A DNA stretch of 56,355 bases, the filler included, from Jimgerdemannia flammicorona (lineage: Eukaryota): the NCBI GenBank assembly GCA_003990765.1. It is 3 parts of 3 records of this genome, joined end to end, with 100 filler letters (N's around TTAATTAATTAA, not from the genome) between each part and the next. Parts side by side here need not be neighbours in the genome. Positions count along the whole stretch, not along the records: positions 18,821 to 37,538 come from RBNJ01002129.1; positions 37,639 to 56,355 come from RBNJ01002130.1; 1 more part is not named here. One strand, 5' to 3'. Positions 35,164 through 46,494 of this stretch are shown one piece after another. Below the pieces are notes generated by a model. The model saw only the letters and a list, made by a program, of their open reading frames with translations, was not told the DNA's origin and ran no database searches. How positions within the stretch are numbered: the first letter of the stretch is position 1; every line of letters begins with the position of its first letter. The position numbers were made by a program, and so were the translations under genes.

Positions 35164-36286
35164 AGAGCCGAAATCCCAGTAAATTCTTCAGATAACAAAC
35201 CAAACTGAGTTAGAAGTCAACTAGTGCAAATTAACAAGCATATCAAAAAGAGCAATTCTTTAGTAAAAAAAAAATCTGAAAAAAGGATACTATATCTGCC
35301 AAACTTCTATTAAATATTTAAAAACTAAGATATAATATGAAAATCAGTTACCAAATATATAAAATATCTATAGATTTTTTTGCTCCTCTAAGTTTTCAAA
35401 AAATTTATTATAGTGGTATACAGCTTTCAAGGTTCTATAATAAACACTCAGAGATAAATTATTCAAAACTTCCTCATCACTAATAATTATTGAACTATAT
35501 ATATAGTTAATTTGAGTGAAACACTATTATCATATTAGACTCCAGTAGAACTCCAATATTATAAGCTAAATTATAGAATAAATCCCTAGATTTTGGAGTA
35601 TACTGTCCTTTACATTTGACAATATAGAGTAAAACAGATATCACTTCTTAATCAGTATAGGTAGGAGAGCTTGCATATTAGTTAAAAAATATGTTGCTGA
35701 CTTTTGCTATATTTTACTCAAACTGAAATCCTCCAAGTCTAAAATATATTCTAGATTAACTCAGATTCATCTGACCTCCATCTATTCCAGATAATTTCAG
35801 AGCTGATGAAGATACTGATACTAAAGTTGGGAATGCCAAGGATGTCAAGGATGCCAAAGTTGAAAATACTGGAGATGCCAGAAATGCTAAGGATACTGAG
35901 GATACTGAGGATGCTGAGGATATTGAGATATTCTCTGAAATTTTCTTAGAAGATAAATAGTAGAAAGTATTGAATTAGTTAAAAATTAGGTGAAGTAGGG
36001 AAATTTATCACTATATTTAGCAAGAAGTATTGAAAAGAAGTAAAGCTATCTCTATAACAGCTATTTCATATTCCTCCTATTTATCTTATCTAATTTTTGG
36101 TTTAAAATTATTAAGAGGTATAATATAGTAATACATTTCTCTAGTATTGATCAAAGTATAGCTAGCTGATATATAAGATCCAGTTCTAGCTCAAGCTTTG
36201 CCATGCAATCCAGCTTTCTGAACCTTAAATATCTTCTCACAAATATCTGTCAAAATCTGGCTTACTTGATCTCCCAACATCTTCCT

Positions 36287-36921
36287 TTTTTTTTTTTTAT
36301 AGTCACTTGGACTCATCCTTTATTACACCCATCTATCCCATATAAGTACAGTGAACCCACCCCCTATCCAATCCCCCTAGGGGAGCCCCTCCCTCCTACC
36401 TCTTCTCAACAAAACACCACTCTATCAAATATAATTCCCACCCTCCCATCACTCTGTTCACATATCCTTACCACCAAACCTTGCCATCACTCTCTTGAAG
36501 AACCCCAACCTAACTACCATCCAGTCATCAGATCCCCCAACAGCTCCTCCCACCTTAAAACCTTCTTCTGCAGTCTCATCTACCACTCCTCCTCAAATAA
36601 AAATAGCCAATGTCCCACCAATCCCACCCAAACTGCTAACACCCACCCAATAGTGAGCCAACTATTATCTACCCTCTCCACTAGCCGAGATCTCAAGTCT
36701 TCTCAGCAATTCCCCTCACCTGCCGGCCCATGCTCCACACTCAGTCTATTCTCTATCTCAACCCAAAAGTCTCCCAAAACCTCATACTCTCCCAGCCAAT
36801 GTTCCAGCATCTGCACCAAACCCCCAGCTTGCCCTACATTGTAACACTCCTCACAATCAAAACAGCCACCATCTACCAGATGCCCAGTGCAGAAATTCAG
36901 CATGACATTCCTCTACAGCAT
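36287..36921 (-). mobile_element. LINE family A, 5'-truncated copy (~630 bp)
   Basis: poly(T) followed by sequence matching 9134-9755. Degenerate 15-bp TSD at 36272-36286 and 36922-36936 (mismatches all C/T). Confidence 0.85.
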
Positions 36922-37220
36922 TCCTAATATCTCCCTCCAAATGAAAAGAACAACTTCCTTTATATCAGTATCTAAGATAATATAATTGTAGTATGAATTT
37001 AGAATACCAGCTAGTAAAGTGGAGGACTCCAAAAATGTCACAGTTTGAAAATAATTTTGGTAAATTTTGTGTATAAAGTATTATTATCTGATCTTCTAGA
37101 AGATCAAGTCTTGGAATTCTCAGTATTTTGAAATCCTGCAGACTTGAGATATGGAACTGAGTCTAGCAGTATTATCATTATTGATCCAAAAAATCTGCCA
37201 ACTATACTTTATATTAATTC

Positions 37221-37523
37221 TTTTTTTTTTTTTTTTTTTTTTATAGTCACTTGAACTCTACTATTTATTACCAGTCTATAAATAAGTTTACATTATCTCC
37301 TCCCACTACCCAATCTCCATAGAGGAGCCTCTTTCTACATTCTTATAAATAAGGACCACTTTCTCACCTACTACTCCAACCCTCCCCCTACTCTGCCTAC
37401 AGATTTTCTCCACCAAGTGATGCCTTCGACCACTCTGCAACCCCCAACCAAGCCACCAGCCTGTCAAGGTGTCTTCCATAAGGCTATGTTAATGCAACAG
37501 CTGGTCTCTCATACTCAGTCTCC
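37221..37523 (-). mobile_element. 3' end of a LINE-A-related element
   Basis: poly(T) 37221-37242, then ATAGTCACTTGAACTC...TTTATTA as in LINE-A 3' ends; more diverged internally. Confidence 0.65.
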
Positions 37524-37538
37524 TTTTTTTTTTTTTTT

Positions 37539-37638
37539 NNNNNNNNNNNNNNNNNNNNNNNNNNNNNNNNNNNNNNNNNNNNTTAATTAATTAANNNNNN
37601 NNNNNNNNNNNNNNNNNNNNNNNNNNNNNNNNNNNNNN
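37539..37638. other. Artificial contig-join spacer
   Basis: N44-TTAATTAATTAA(37583-37594)-N44. Confidence 0.97.
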
Positions 37639-39250
37639 CAAAATCAGGTGGGTGGTGAGAGAGAAGGAGAAGGAGATATTAGGTGGTCGAGGAGGAAGTA
37701 ATGTTAAAGGAGTAGAAGGGGGGGGTCTTGTTGATGAGGCAGAAGAGAGAACTACAATAAGGTCCACCAATTCGCCAACAGGATCCTATAATGTACATTC
37801 AAATATGCTATGTAGTCATGTACAATAGGAGCACAGATATTGGTAAGAGCAGTTTTGGTGGGTACAGCCAGTTAAGGAGGAGTTGATGGTACCATTCTGA
37901 TCAATGTGGTTAAATGCATGGTATATATTTGATAACTGATAAGGCTGGTTGTGCCAAGGTGGTTGTGATAGAGGAGAGATTCTCAATGAATAAGCAACAG
38001 ATGAGGCAGACCCAGTGGGATGGCACAGAGGTCAAGGGAGTAGGTGCAAAGACATAAGTTCACTATCTCAAGTAGTCTATGCCAAACATGATGTGTGAGA
38101 GAGGGGGGGTAGCTATCCATTATGCATAGAACTCAATGTGATAATCAAGTATTGCCTCCTATTGATAATTACTGTTTAGGTGGATGAGGTCAGAGATGTA
38201 GCAAAAGAATGCTGTCGGATCAGTAAGACCTGGGAATGCATCATAGAGTATGCTGAAATATAGTAATAAAGGGCCAAGTAGTATAAGAAGATGGGGGAAA
38301 TCCTTGACCATGGCAACTTCCTATGGCCATAAGATATGCATGAGGGTGGAAGAGTCAACCTTCTCAATAAAATGAGGATTGGGAGAAGTAAGGGTTAAAG
38401 AGGAGCAGATAACTAGCTTTCCCAGATCTTGCAGTCAAAAAGTGTTATAGAGAATGGCAGAGAACATAGTGGGGTTTACACTCGAGTACTTGGTGAGGTT
38501 GGGGCTACCATATATAGAAGGAAAAAAGGACACACCTGGGACCACACCTATGGGTATCAGGGCAGCCATAGAGGTGGGTAGTGTAGTTGTAGTGGTAGGA
38601 GGTCTCACAGAGTTTGCCACATAAGGAAAGTAGCTAGATGTCGAAAATAGAGGTGGGATGCCAGAGTAGGTGGTAAGTGGAATGTCAGTAGGTAGGTGCC
38701 AGAAACCAGAAGGGTCTAGCAACACCAGAAGTAGAAAGGCAGCAGGCAGTAACAATGGCCAAAAGACTGGCTGGACCATTATAGGTAAAGACTGCTAAGT
38801 GGGAAGCTCCAGTGACTGAGGTATGAAAATATCTGAGACAGGAATGTCTGAAACTCACATTGTGGATATGCCTATGTCTGAAACTGAAATTAGTACCAGA
38901 TGCAACATAGATATCACTGGTACAGTGCCCAAAGGTTCAGAGTCAGTGAGATAATCAGGGTCAGATACTGGGTCGATGATAGTGATCAGAAGAGGTGGAG
39001 CTTGGGCTTTTTCAAGGCAGTGGTATAGAGTGACAATTAGTTGGTCTTACTTGACGATGTAGGCATCCCAGTCGAAATCCACCTGTGGTAGTCTGGTGGA
39101 TGTGCTCACAGTGAGTTCAGGTGAACATTGCAGTATATTGCAATAATTGTGGAGTTGGAGAAGAGTTGTTAAAATGTCATTGTCCCCTTCAGTATATGCT
39201 GCGATGATGGCCATGATAGCCTCTATATTATGAGATAAGGGGCACATATT
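37639..39250 (-). pseudogene. DIRS/Ngaro-like (tyrosine-recombinase retrotransposon) gag remnant
   Basis: Manual translation gives YISDLIHLNSNYQ*EAILDYHIEF (~38125-38200) and IYHAFN...GCTHQNCSYQYLCSYCT*LHSIFEC (~37795-37928), a pattern I associate with fungal YR-retrotransposon ORF1. RT and YR are not in this contig. Confidence 0.6.
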
Positions 39251-39603
39251 TGAGCTGGTAGAATGTCATCCAGAGAAGTTGTCACCTGTAGTACAGTAGA
39301 TCTGGCAAGAGTTGCAGGGGCATATCATGGTTGATACAATTTGTATAGTTTTTTTTTTTTTTTTTTTTTTGTATATATATATTTGTATATTACTATTGTA
39401 ATTATTGGTGGTTATAATGATGACTATGCTTTAATGATGAATGTGTGAGTAAAACTGTATGATAGTGAAGATAATTGAGCATAAGGAAAAGGGGACAAGA
39501 TGTTGAGCATACAATGAATTCTGTAATTGTATGATATATATATATATAATTGCCTAATCAAATAATATATGTCTTTAACATGCTATCTCTTCAGGATCCC
39601 TTC

Positions 39604-40917
39604 ATCTATAAAGAGTGCTTCTCAGATTACTTCTCCTTATTCACTCATATAGTAATACATTGGAACCTCATTGCCATCTCATAGGATAGCATCATCTACC
39701 TCATATACTGGATATAGAGTTAGTAGGCAAAGGAGGGGTGCATTATCTTCACTGTCTGCATACCTTCTATAAGTTATGGTGCTATAAGTTGCTGGGTTGT
39801 AGTAAGCTGGCAGCTGTGTTCATATCGCTCATACTTAGGTGGTAGAGTTGTTGGTTTGATCTCAAGAGTTATCTAGAGATACAGATTGTGTTCTCTGGTC
39901 TCCTCATTATAGTTGAAGTAATCGGGGGTGAATGCAGGTTAGTACTCATATCAGTGGTCATTATCCCAATAAGTCTTGTAGGTGGTTATAAACTATTGTA
40001 TGTTTATCAGCAAGATTGGTGAGGTAATCAGGGTTGGCAGGGATCCTTGGCTTGAGATCATGTCAGTATCAGAGGGATCATTATCTTCTGCTTCATTATT
40101 ATCAAACTAGATTATATCATAGATATCCTTCATAGTATATCCAACTTGGGGCATTTGTAGGATGTGGTCATTGGGGTATGGGAAGGTTCTATCCGTGGTT
40201 TGAACATACTCAATGTACTTGTGGTTGAGTTCTTGTATCATGTCATTGATTTGACCATAGAACAGGGTGGTGACCATTTTGGCAGTAGTGACTCAGAGGT
40301 GGAGAATAATAGTACTGTACTCATAGAAGAGTTCTTGGTGTTTGTAGGCAATGAGTTTCTGATGTTGAGACATCTGGGTAATATCTGTGTCATGGTGGTA
40401 TTTGACCATATCTTCTAGGAGGTGGCCGATCTGATAGTAACTTGAGATTTGTCCAATTTGGTAGGCTTTGCTAAGTATGTTCAGGGCATTCCATCAGGCT
40501 TCGACAAAGTAGAGGGGTGCTAGGCTATGGATATTCATAAGGGGCAGAGGAGGTGTGGCTTAGTTGACAATGGTATTCCAAATGTCAGCATGGATGCAGT
40601 TGTAGATTTCAGTAGTTATATTTGTATGTATGTTCAAGAGTTGGAGTTGTTTGTTTGGTTTATTGTGGTTCTCTGTTTCAATATATCTGAATGCTCAGTA
40701 TATATATATTTGGTCCTAATTGAAAAGATTCTGTTTGTGTAAGTCTGGTGTTCTATGACTTTGAGTTAACTCAGCTTTGTACACTGTGACTTCAGCTTGA
40801 CTCAGCTTCATAATCTTGCATGTGATTTCTGGATTTGTTTAGAGGTTATGGGTAATTTCAGTAGCTTGTTCTGAGAGTGACATGTGATTTCAGTGGCTTA
40901 AAAGTTGTACACTTACA
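39604..40917 (-). repeat. Gypsy-3 3' LTR (U3 part only; contains an ORF-X copy at ~39660-40619)
   Basis: Direct repeat of 47232-48561. Homology stops at ~39604. Confidence 0.88.
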
Positions 40918-43900
40918 ACTCTCCCCTTCTTAGCTTTCAATGTCCTCATCAAGATCTTATAATTTGGTCTAGTATTGTTACACTATTTGGATGGTCAAAA
41001 GTCTGGTAATGTCCATTTTCTCAGAAAGTGGCATGCTTATAGTACAGTTGCCTAATATATTGGATTCACACATTAAAGAGTTATATGTTTGATGCCATGT
41101 GCCAGAAGTGATTCTGATGTCATTCACTGCTGGAGAATTTTCTCTAATAAATCTTCTTAAATATCTATGCCTTGTTTCCCACCAGTGGTATGGAGAGAAT
41201 AGGCTGGCTTTCAGTTTTGTTATTTTTCTAGAGGGTTGGTATTCTTTTGTCTTGTCTTGCTGAGTTCATGATTCTGTTCATGATAATTATAAGGGTACTG
41301 AATATTCAGGAGGGTAATATATAGTATAGACTGATAGATACAGAGTATTTGGGTTTCAGTTATTTAGGAAATCATATTCCTGAACTAAGTTAGTGGCATT
41401 CTGGAGGTTGGTTTTGGGTTCTCATGTTGCATCATGGATTGGGTAACCTTTCTATTTGACAAAGTACTCTGGATAGTTCTTGTGGCCATGTTTATTGAGG
41501 ATTTGTTCAACTTTGTATTCTTTTTGGTCATTAATAATGACAGATATAGGTAGTTCTGTGGTTCAGTTGGGGAATAGCTCATTGTTATTTTCATTATATC
41601 ACTTGAGACATTGGACATTGAAGACTGAGTGAATCTTAATAGTGTCTGGTAGCACCAATTTATAGGAAGTTGGAGAGACTTGTGCAATGACTTTAAATAG
41701 TTCAATGAATTTACTGTTCAGCTTTGTAGATAGTCTGTACTTGAGGTTGTCAACTCAGTATCCTCAGATATCTAGTAGAACTTTTTCTCTGATATCAAAA
41801 GTTTCTTCTTAGCAGTACTAGTTAATATACTGTAACTGTTGTTCTTGAGCTCAGGCTAAATTCTCAATTGCAATCTGACTTAAATTGTACATTCAGAGCA
41901 AGAATTCTTCAACAGCTTTGACCATAGAAGGTTTATTGATAGTTCAGATAAGTATCAGAGAGGTGTTCAGGTTTTGTCCTGTATTAGTAAAGAATGAGGT
42001 CATTCCCAGAGAGGCTTGTTTGCTATTGTTATATGTAAACTTGACTGTGGTGAGGTGTTCATGCCAATTATCTTGTCTATAGGAAATATAGTTCCTTAGC
42101 ATTTGTTCCAGAGTTCAGTTCATTCTTTCAGTTTGGCTGTTGGTTTTGGGATAAAAGGCTATAGATAGTACAAGCTTTGTTCCAAGGTGTGCATGGAGGG
42201 CTTTCCAAAAATGGCTGGTGAATTTTGGGTCTCGATCACTAACAATGATCTTAGAAAGGCCATTATAGCAGAAGATATTATCAAACAAGAGTATAGCTAT
42301 GTCTGGTACAGTTGCAGTAGTAGTAGTTGGTCCAAAATGAGCCTGTTTGCTGAGATAGTCCATGAAGACAACAATTGCATCTTTCCTGTTCTTGGTTTGG
42401 AGTAGTTGTACAATGAAGTCCATAGAAATTTGTTTCCAATTAGTGGATGGTACTGGAATAGGGTGGAGTAGACCAGGTTTTTCTAGTATTGATGACTTGT
42501 TGTATTAGTAGGCATCACAGGAAGTGATGTAGGTTTTTAGCTGATCTGCTATGCAGGGCCAATAGAAGTTTCAGGAAATAACTTCATAGCATTTGTCAAA
42601 TCCTAAATGTCTGGCTATAGGGGCATCATGACATTCAAATAGGATAGTTCTTCAGAGATCTCGATTTTTTGGAATATACAATCTATCCTTGTAGTAGATA
42701 GTATTGTCCTTCAGTTGGTATTGATGATACTGGATATACTTGTCAATATCATCGATGTAGATAAAAACAAATTTGTCCAGATATGGGTGTAGGATGGTAT
42801 TCATCAGTGTCTGGAAGGTTACAGGAGTATTAGTTAAGCCAAAAGATATAACCAAGAACTCAAAGTATCTATAGTGAGTTTGGAAAGCTATCTTGTAGAT
42901 ATCTTATTCTTTCATAGCAATTTGCCAGTAATCATTTCACAGGTCAAAAGAGCTCATAAATTGTAAGTTGGTAAGCCTATTGAATATTTCATTGATTCAG
43001 GATAGTGGATAACAGTTTTTGATAGTCTGTTCATTGAGGTCTCAGTAATCAATACACATTTGCAGGTCTCTTCCTTTCTTGATAATAAAGAGAACTAGTG
43101 CACTGTAGGGCAATACACTGGGTCTAATGAATCCTTGTTCTAGGAGTTTATTAATCTCTTTCTTGAGTGCATCAATTTCTCTCAAAGATATGTGGTAGAT
43201 TGACTTAAAGGCTGGTTTGGCATCTGGGATGGTCTTGATGGTATGGTCTACTGCTTGTTTAGGTGGTAGGCCTTTTGGGAGTTTCTTTAGGAATATATCT
43301 TGGAATTTCTGAAGTAGGGGTCTGACATGGCTGTCAACTTTGGAAAAATCTTCTTCAGAGTTCTCAGTTTCTCCTTTGGATGGTTGGATGGAGATAGCAA
43401 AGAGAGGGCATTTCTTGGCCAATTTCTTGAGTTATAGCTTGTTAATGTGGGTGATCTTTGGTCCAGGGTCACAGGAATTGAGTGGGTCTTTTTTGCCTTG
43501 CAGTTTGAAGTTGTGGCATCCTTTCTTGATGATTAGAGAATGGTTTATCCAATCAATCATAGGGTTCTCTTATTTTAACCATGGGTTCCAAGAATGATTT
43601 CATTGTCAGGAAGTGGTACAATCTGGAGGGTAACATGTACTTGATAGTCACCAATTCAGAAGGGTAGGTTGCAGACTTCCTTGCTAATGATATGGGAGGT
43701 TTCATCAGCTATAGCAACTGCTTGAGTCTATTGTACTGGAGAGGTCAGGACCTTGAGTCTGTTGGTTGTTTCTTCATTGATGAAGTTGCTTGAAGCTCTA
43801 CTATCTATCATAATCTTGATTGACAAAGGCTTGAAGTGTAAGTAGTTTGTATGATCCAATGCTAGTGATTTCAGTTGTAGGAGCTTTCCTTCTATTGGTT

Positions 43901-44064
43901 CTTCTTTGGACCAGTTCATTGACACAAGAGAAGCAATTGTCAATCATTTGGGAAGAGTACATTTCAATGCCATGGGGACATCAGCCACTTGGTACAAATC
44001 CATCTTTGATTTTCTTATAGAATTATTCTTCCTTATTTATAGTAGGTTGGGTTGGGGTCTTGTT

Positions 44065-44472
44065 TGATGAGCCAAATCCCTTTGATCCTTGGATGGTAGG
44101 CAGTAGTTCAGGGACTTCTTTGACTGTCAGAGTTGATTTAATTTTCTCAAATAAGATCTGAGTAATACAGAAACCAATAGGGATCTTGAATGGTGTCCAA
44201 CTATGGTTCTGGATGAGGACTATGATTTCGCCTGTATAATCCTTGTCAATGGCTCCTCCTTCTACTGAGAGTCCTTTCAATGCTAGGTTGCTTCAACAGT
44301 ATATTCTTCCAACATATCCTTCAGGAATTTGAATGCTAATCTCTGTATAGACTTGCTTGACTTCTTGGTTGAAGACTGTAGCTTCTTCAGCTGCATATAG
44401 ATCATATCTGACTGCTTTTTGACTTCTTTTGGTTGGGGCCTTGGCAGTTTGCCTTAACTTGACAAAGTCTAC
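44065..44472 (-). pseudogene. dut: dUTPase domain of Gypsy-3
   Basis: AVRYDLYA, IPEGYVGRIYC*SNLA, GGAIDKDYTGEI, ITQILFEKI, QGSKGFGSS. Confidence 0.9.
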
Positions 44473-46479
44473 TGTCTTGGTGGTCAGATTATTGAGGTGG
44501 TGCAGGGTAGTAACAGTTGCTCATATTGTTGTTCAGGGTTTTTGGTTGGGACAGGCACTGGTCATATGTCCTGTCTTTTGGCAATAGAAGTATGCTCCAC
44601 TTCTGTAGAGTTCATTTCTTTCTCCTTCTGTGAGTTTCTTGAAGATACTTAGCTGTATAGGTTCAGGATTTCAGAGTGTCCAAGAGGTGGATGTGGAGGG
44701 AGCTCAGGATGCTTCATGCTTGGGTTCTTCTTTCTTGGTTCAAATCTTTTTCTTATTGTTGAATTGTCTTTGAGGCAGAATTGGTCCAGCTGTTAGGATT
44801 CACTTGACCATAGTCTTGATTCTTGCCAGGCACCATTGTTGGTGATCATAACCAACTGGGCATCCTTGTTCTCAGATTTTTCTGGTAAGCTATTTGGGTA
44901 GTGCATCAAATAAATGGTCTGCTCTTGTACCATTTCGTGCTTCATCATTGGAAATATATCCTAGGCCAATGGTGTTCAGAAGTGGCTTGAGTTTTGTACA
45001 GAAGGTTTCAAATTCTTCTTTGCCATATATATCAAACTTGAGGTTGCAGAGTTTTACTTAAGATTCAGCAATCATTGTTTTGCTACAATATTGAGCAATC
45101 ACAAGTTGTTTGAGTCCAGGGGCTGCAGGATGGTTTCTATATCCTGGGGCATTATTTGCTGCATTCTGGGCAACTACTGCAGGTCAGGTATTCCATGTGA
45201 GGGGTTTTTCAGGAAGAGTTTGCTACCATTCTTTGGCAGGTTCTCAGAAGAATGTAACAACTCTACAGACATGGACTGTAGTAGTAGCAAAGAGTTGTTC
45301 CAGAGTGTGGTCTTGATTGTTTGTCAGAAGGTGGTCAGCAACTTGCTCATTGGTCTATTGATTGGCTTCAAAATTGGTGTCAACTATACTAATGAAGCTT
45401 TGGACTTCTTGTACAGTACCATTGAAGATAGATAGGCTCAGATTTTTGGTTGGTCTGTTTGGCTAAGGTAGTAATAGTTGCTGCCATTATGGCAACTTGT
45501 GCTGTGAGGTCTAGAATCTGTTGATTTGCCATGTTGTTTACTAGAGGCAGTTAGACTACTGATAGTGGTGTTACTGGTACTACTTGAGATACTGGTGCAG
45601 AGTATGATGGTGTTCTTTGAGTCTGTGTAAGCTGCTGGAGTAAATATTATAGGTCTGGTATAAGGGCTTGATGGATAGCTGTCTGTTGCTGTATAGGTGT
45701 GTTTTGTTCTGATGGAGGTGTGTCTTCTTCTGTAGTATATCTAAGATCAAATTTACTGAGATACTCCTCCTCCTCTTCAGTTTGGTCCTCATATAATTGG
45801 GTTTACTCAGTGTCAAAGCAGATAGTATCAGTTGTATATTGGATTTCAGATAGACTTAATTCAAGAGTTTGATCTGATTCAGTATGGGTATTGGTTTCAG
45901 GAAGAGCTGTAGCTGAGTCTGCTTCAGATTCAGGGTCAGGTAGTTGATGAAGAGTTTCTCTTGCTTCTTCTTTAAGAATATAGCAGGTCTTGAAATTCTG
46001 GAAGCAGTAGTATAAGATGGTCTTGGTCCTGATACAGTGATAATTGATAGAGTTAAGCCACTTGGCTATAGAGGTTTGGGCTTCATGAGGAACTAAGGTT
46101 AGAAATATTGCTGCTAGTTATTCTAGGTCACTCAGATATGTGGAGCTGACAAAACTCTTGTTGAGTAGAGTAAAGAAGGCTTCTATAAGATCTTCTTCAT
46201 CTTGACTTGTAGGGTGTAGAGCAAGAAGTTCAGTGAATAGGGTTTTGCCTATCTGCTGATTTAATTGGAGTACTTCTTTTTGTAAATAAAGTCTGTCCCA
46301 CTTGTTGCAGGTGTAAAGGTCAAATTGTCCTTGTATGTCAGGTACAATTCTCTCCAGATTGTCAGATAATTTATGATAAATTTCAGATCAGAGGTTGGGC
46401 TTTATACCAACTTGTAGGAATTCTCGGAGGGGTTTGTAGTAGGGTGAGGAAGCATCTTGAAGCAGAATTGGATTGTAAA

Positions 46480-46491
46480 CTGCTGCTACCA
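46480..46491 (-). promoter_or_regulatory. Primer-binding site of Gypsy-3 (initiator tRNA-Met-like)
   Basis: TGGTAGCAGCAG three bases after the LTR end (..TTACA). Complementary to a ...CUGCUACCA tRNA 3' end. Confidence 0.75.
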
Positions 46492-46494
46492 AGT

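Noticed and set aside
35300..37200. Possible DNA transposase remnant (NPLDFGVY-like fragment, acidic repeat at 35800-35930)
   Set aside because: Too decayed to assign a family by eye; left unannotated.
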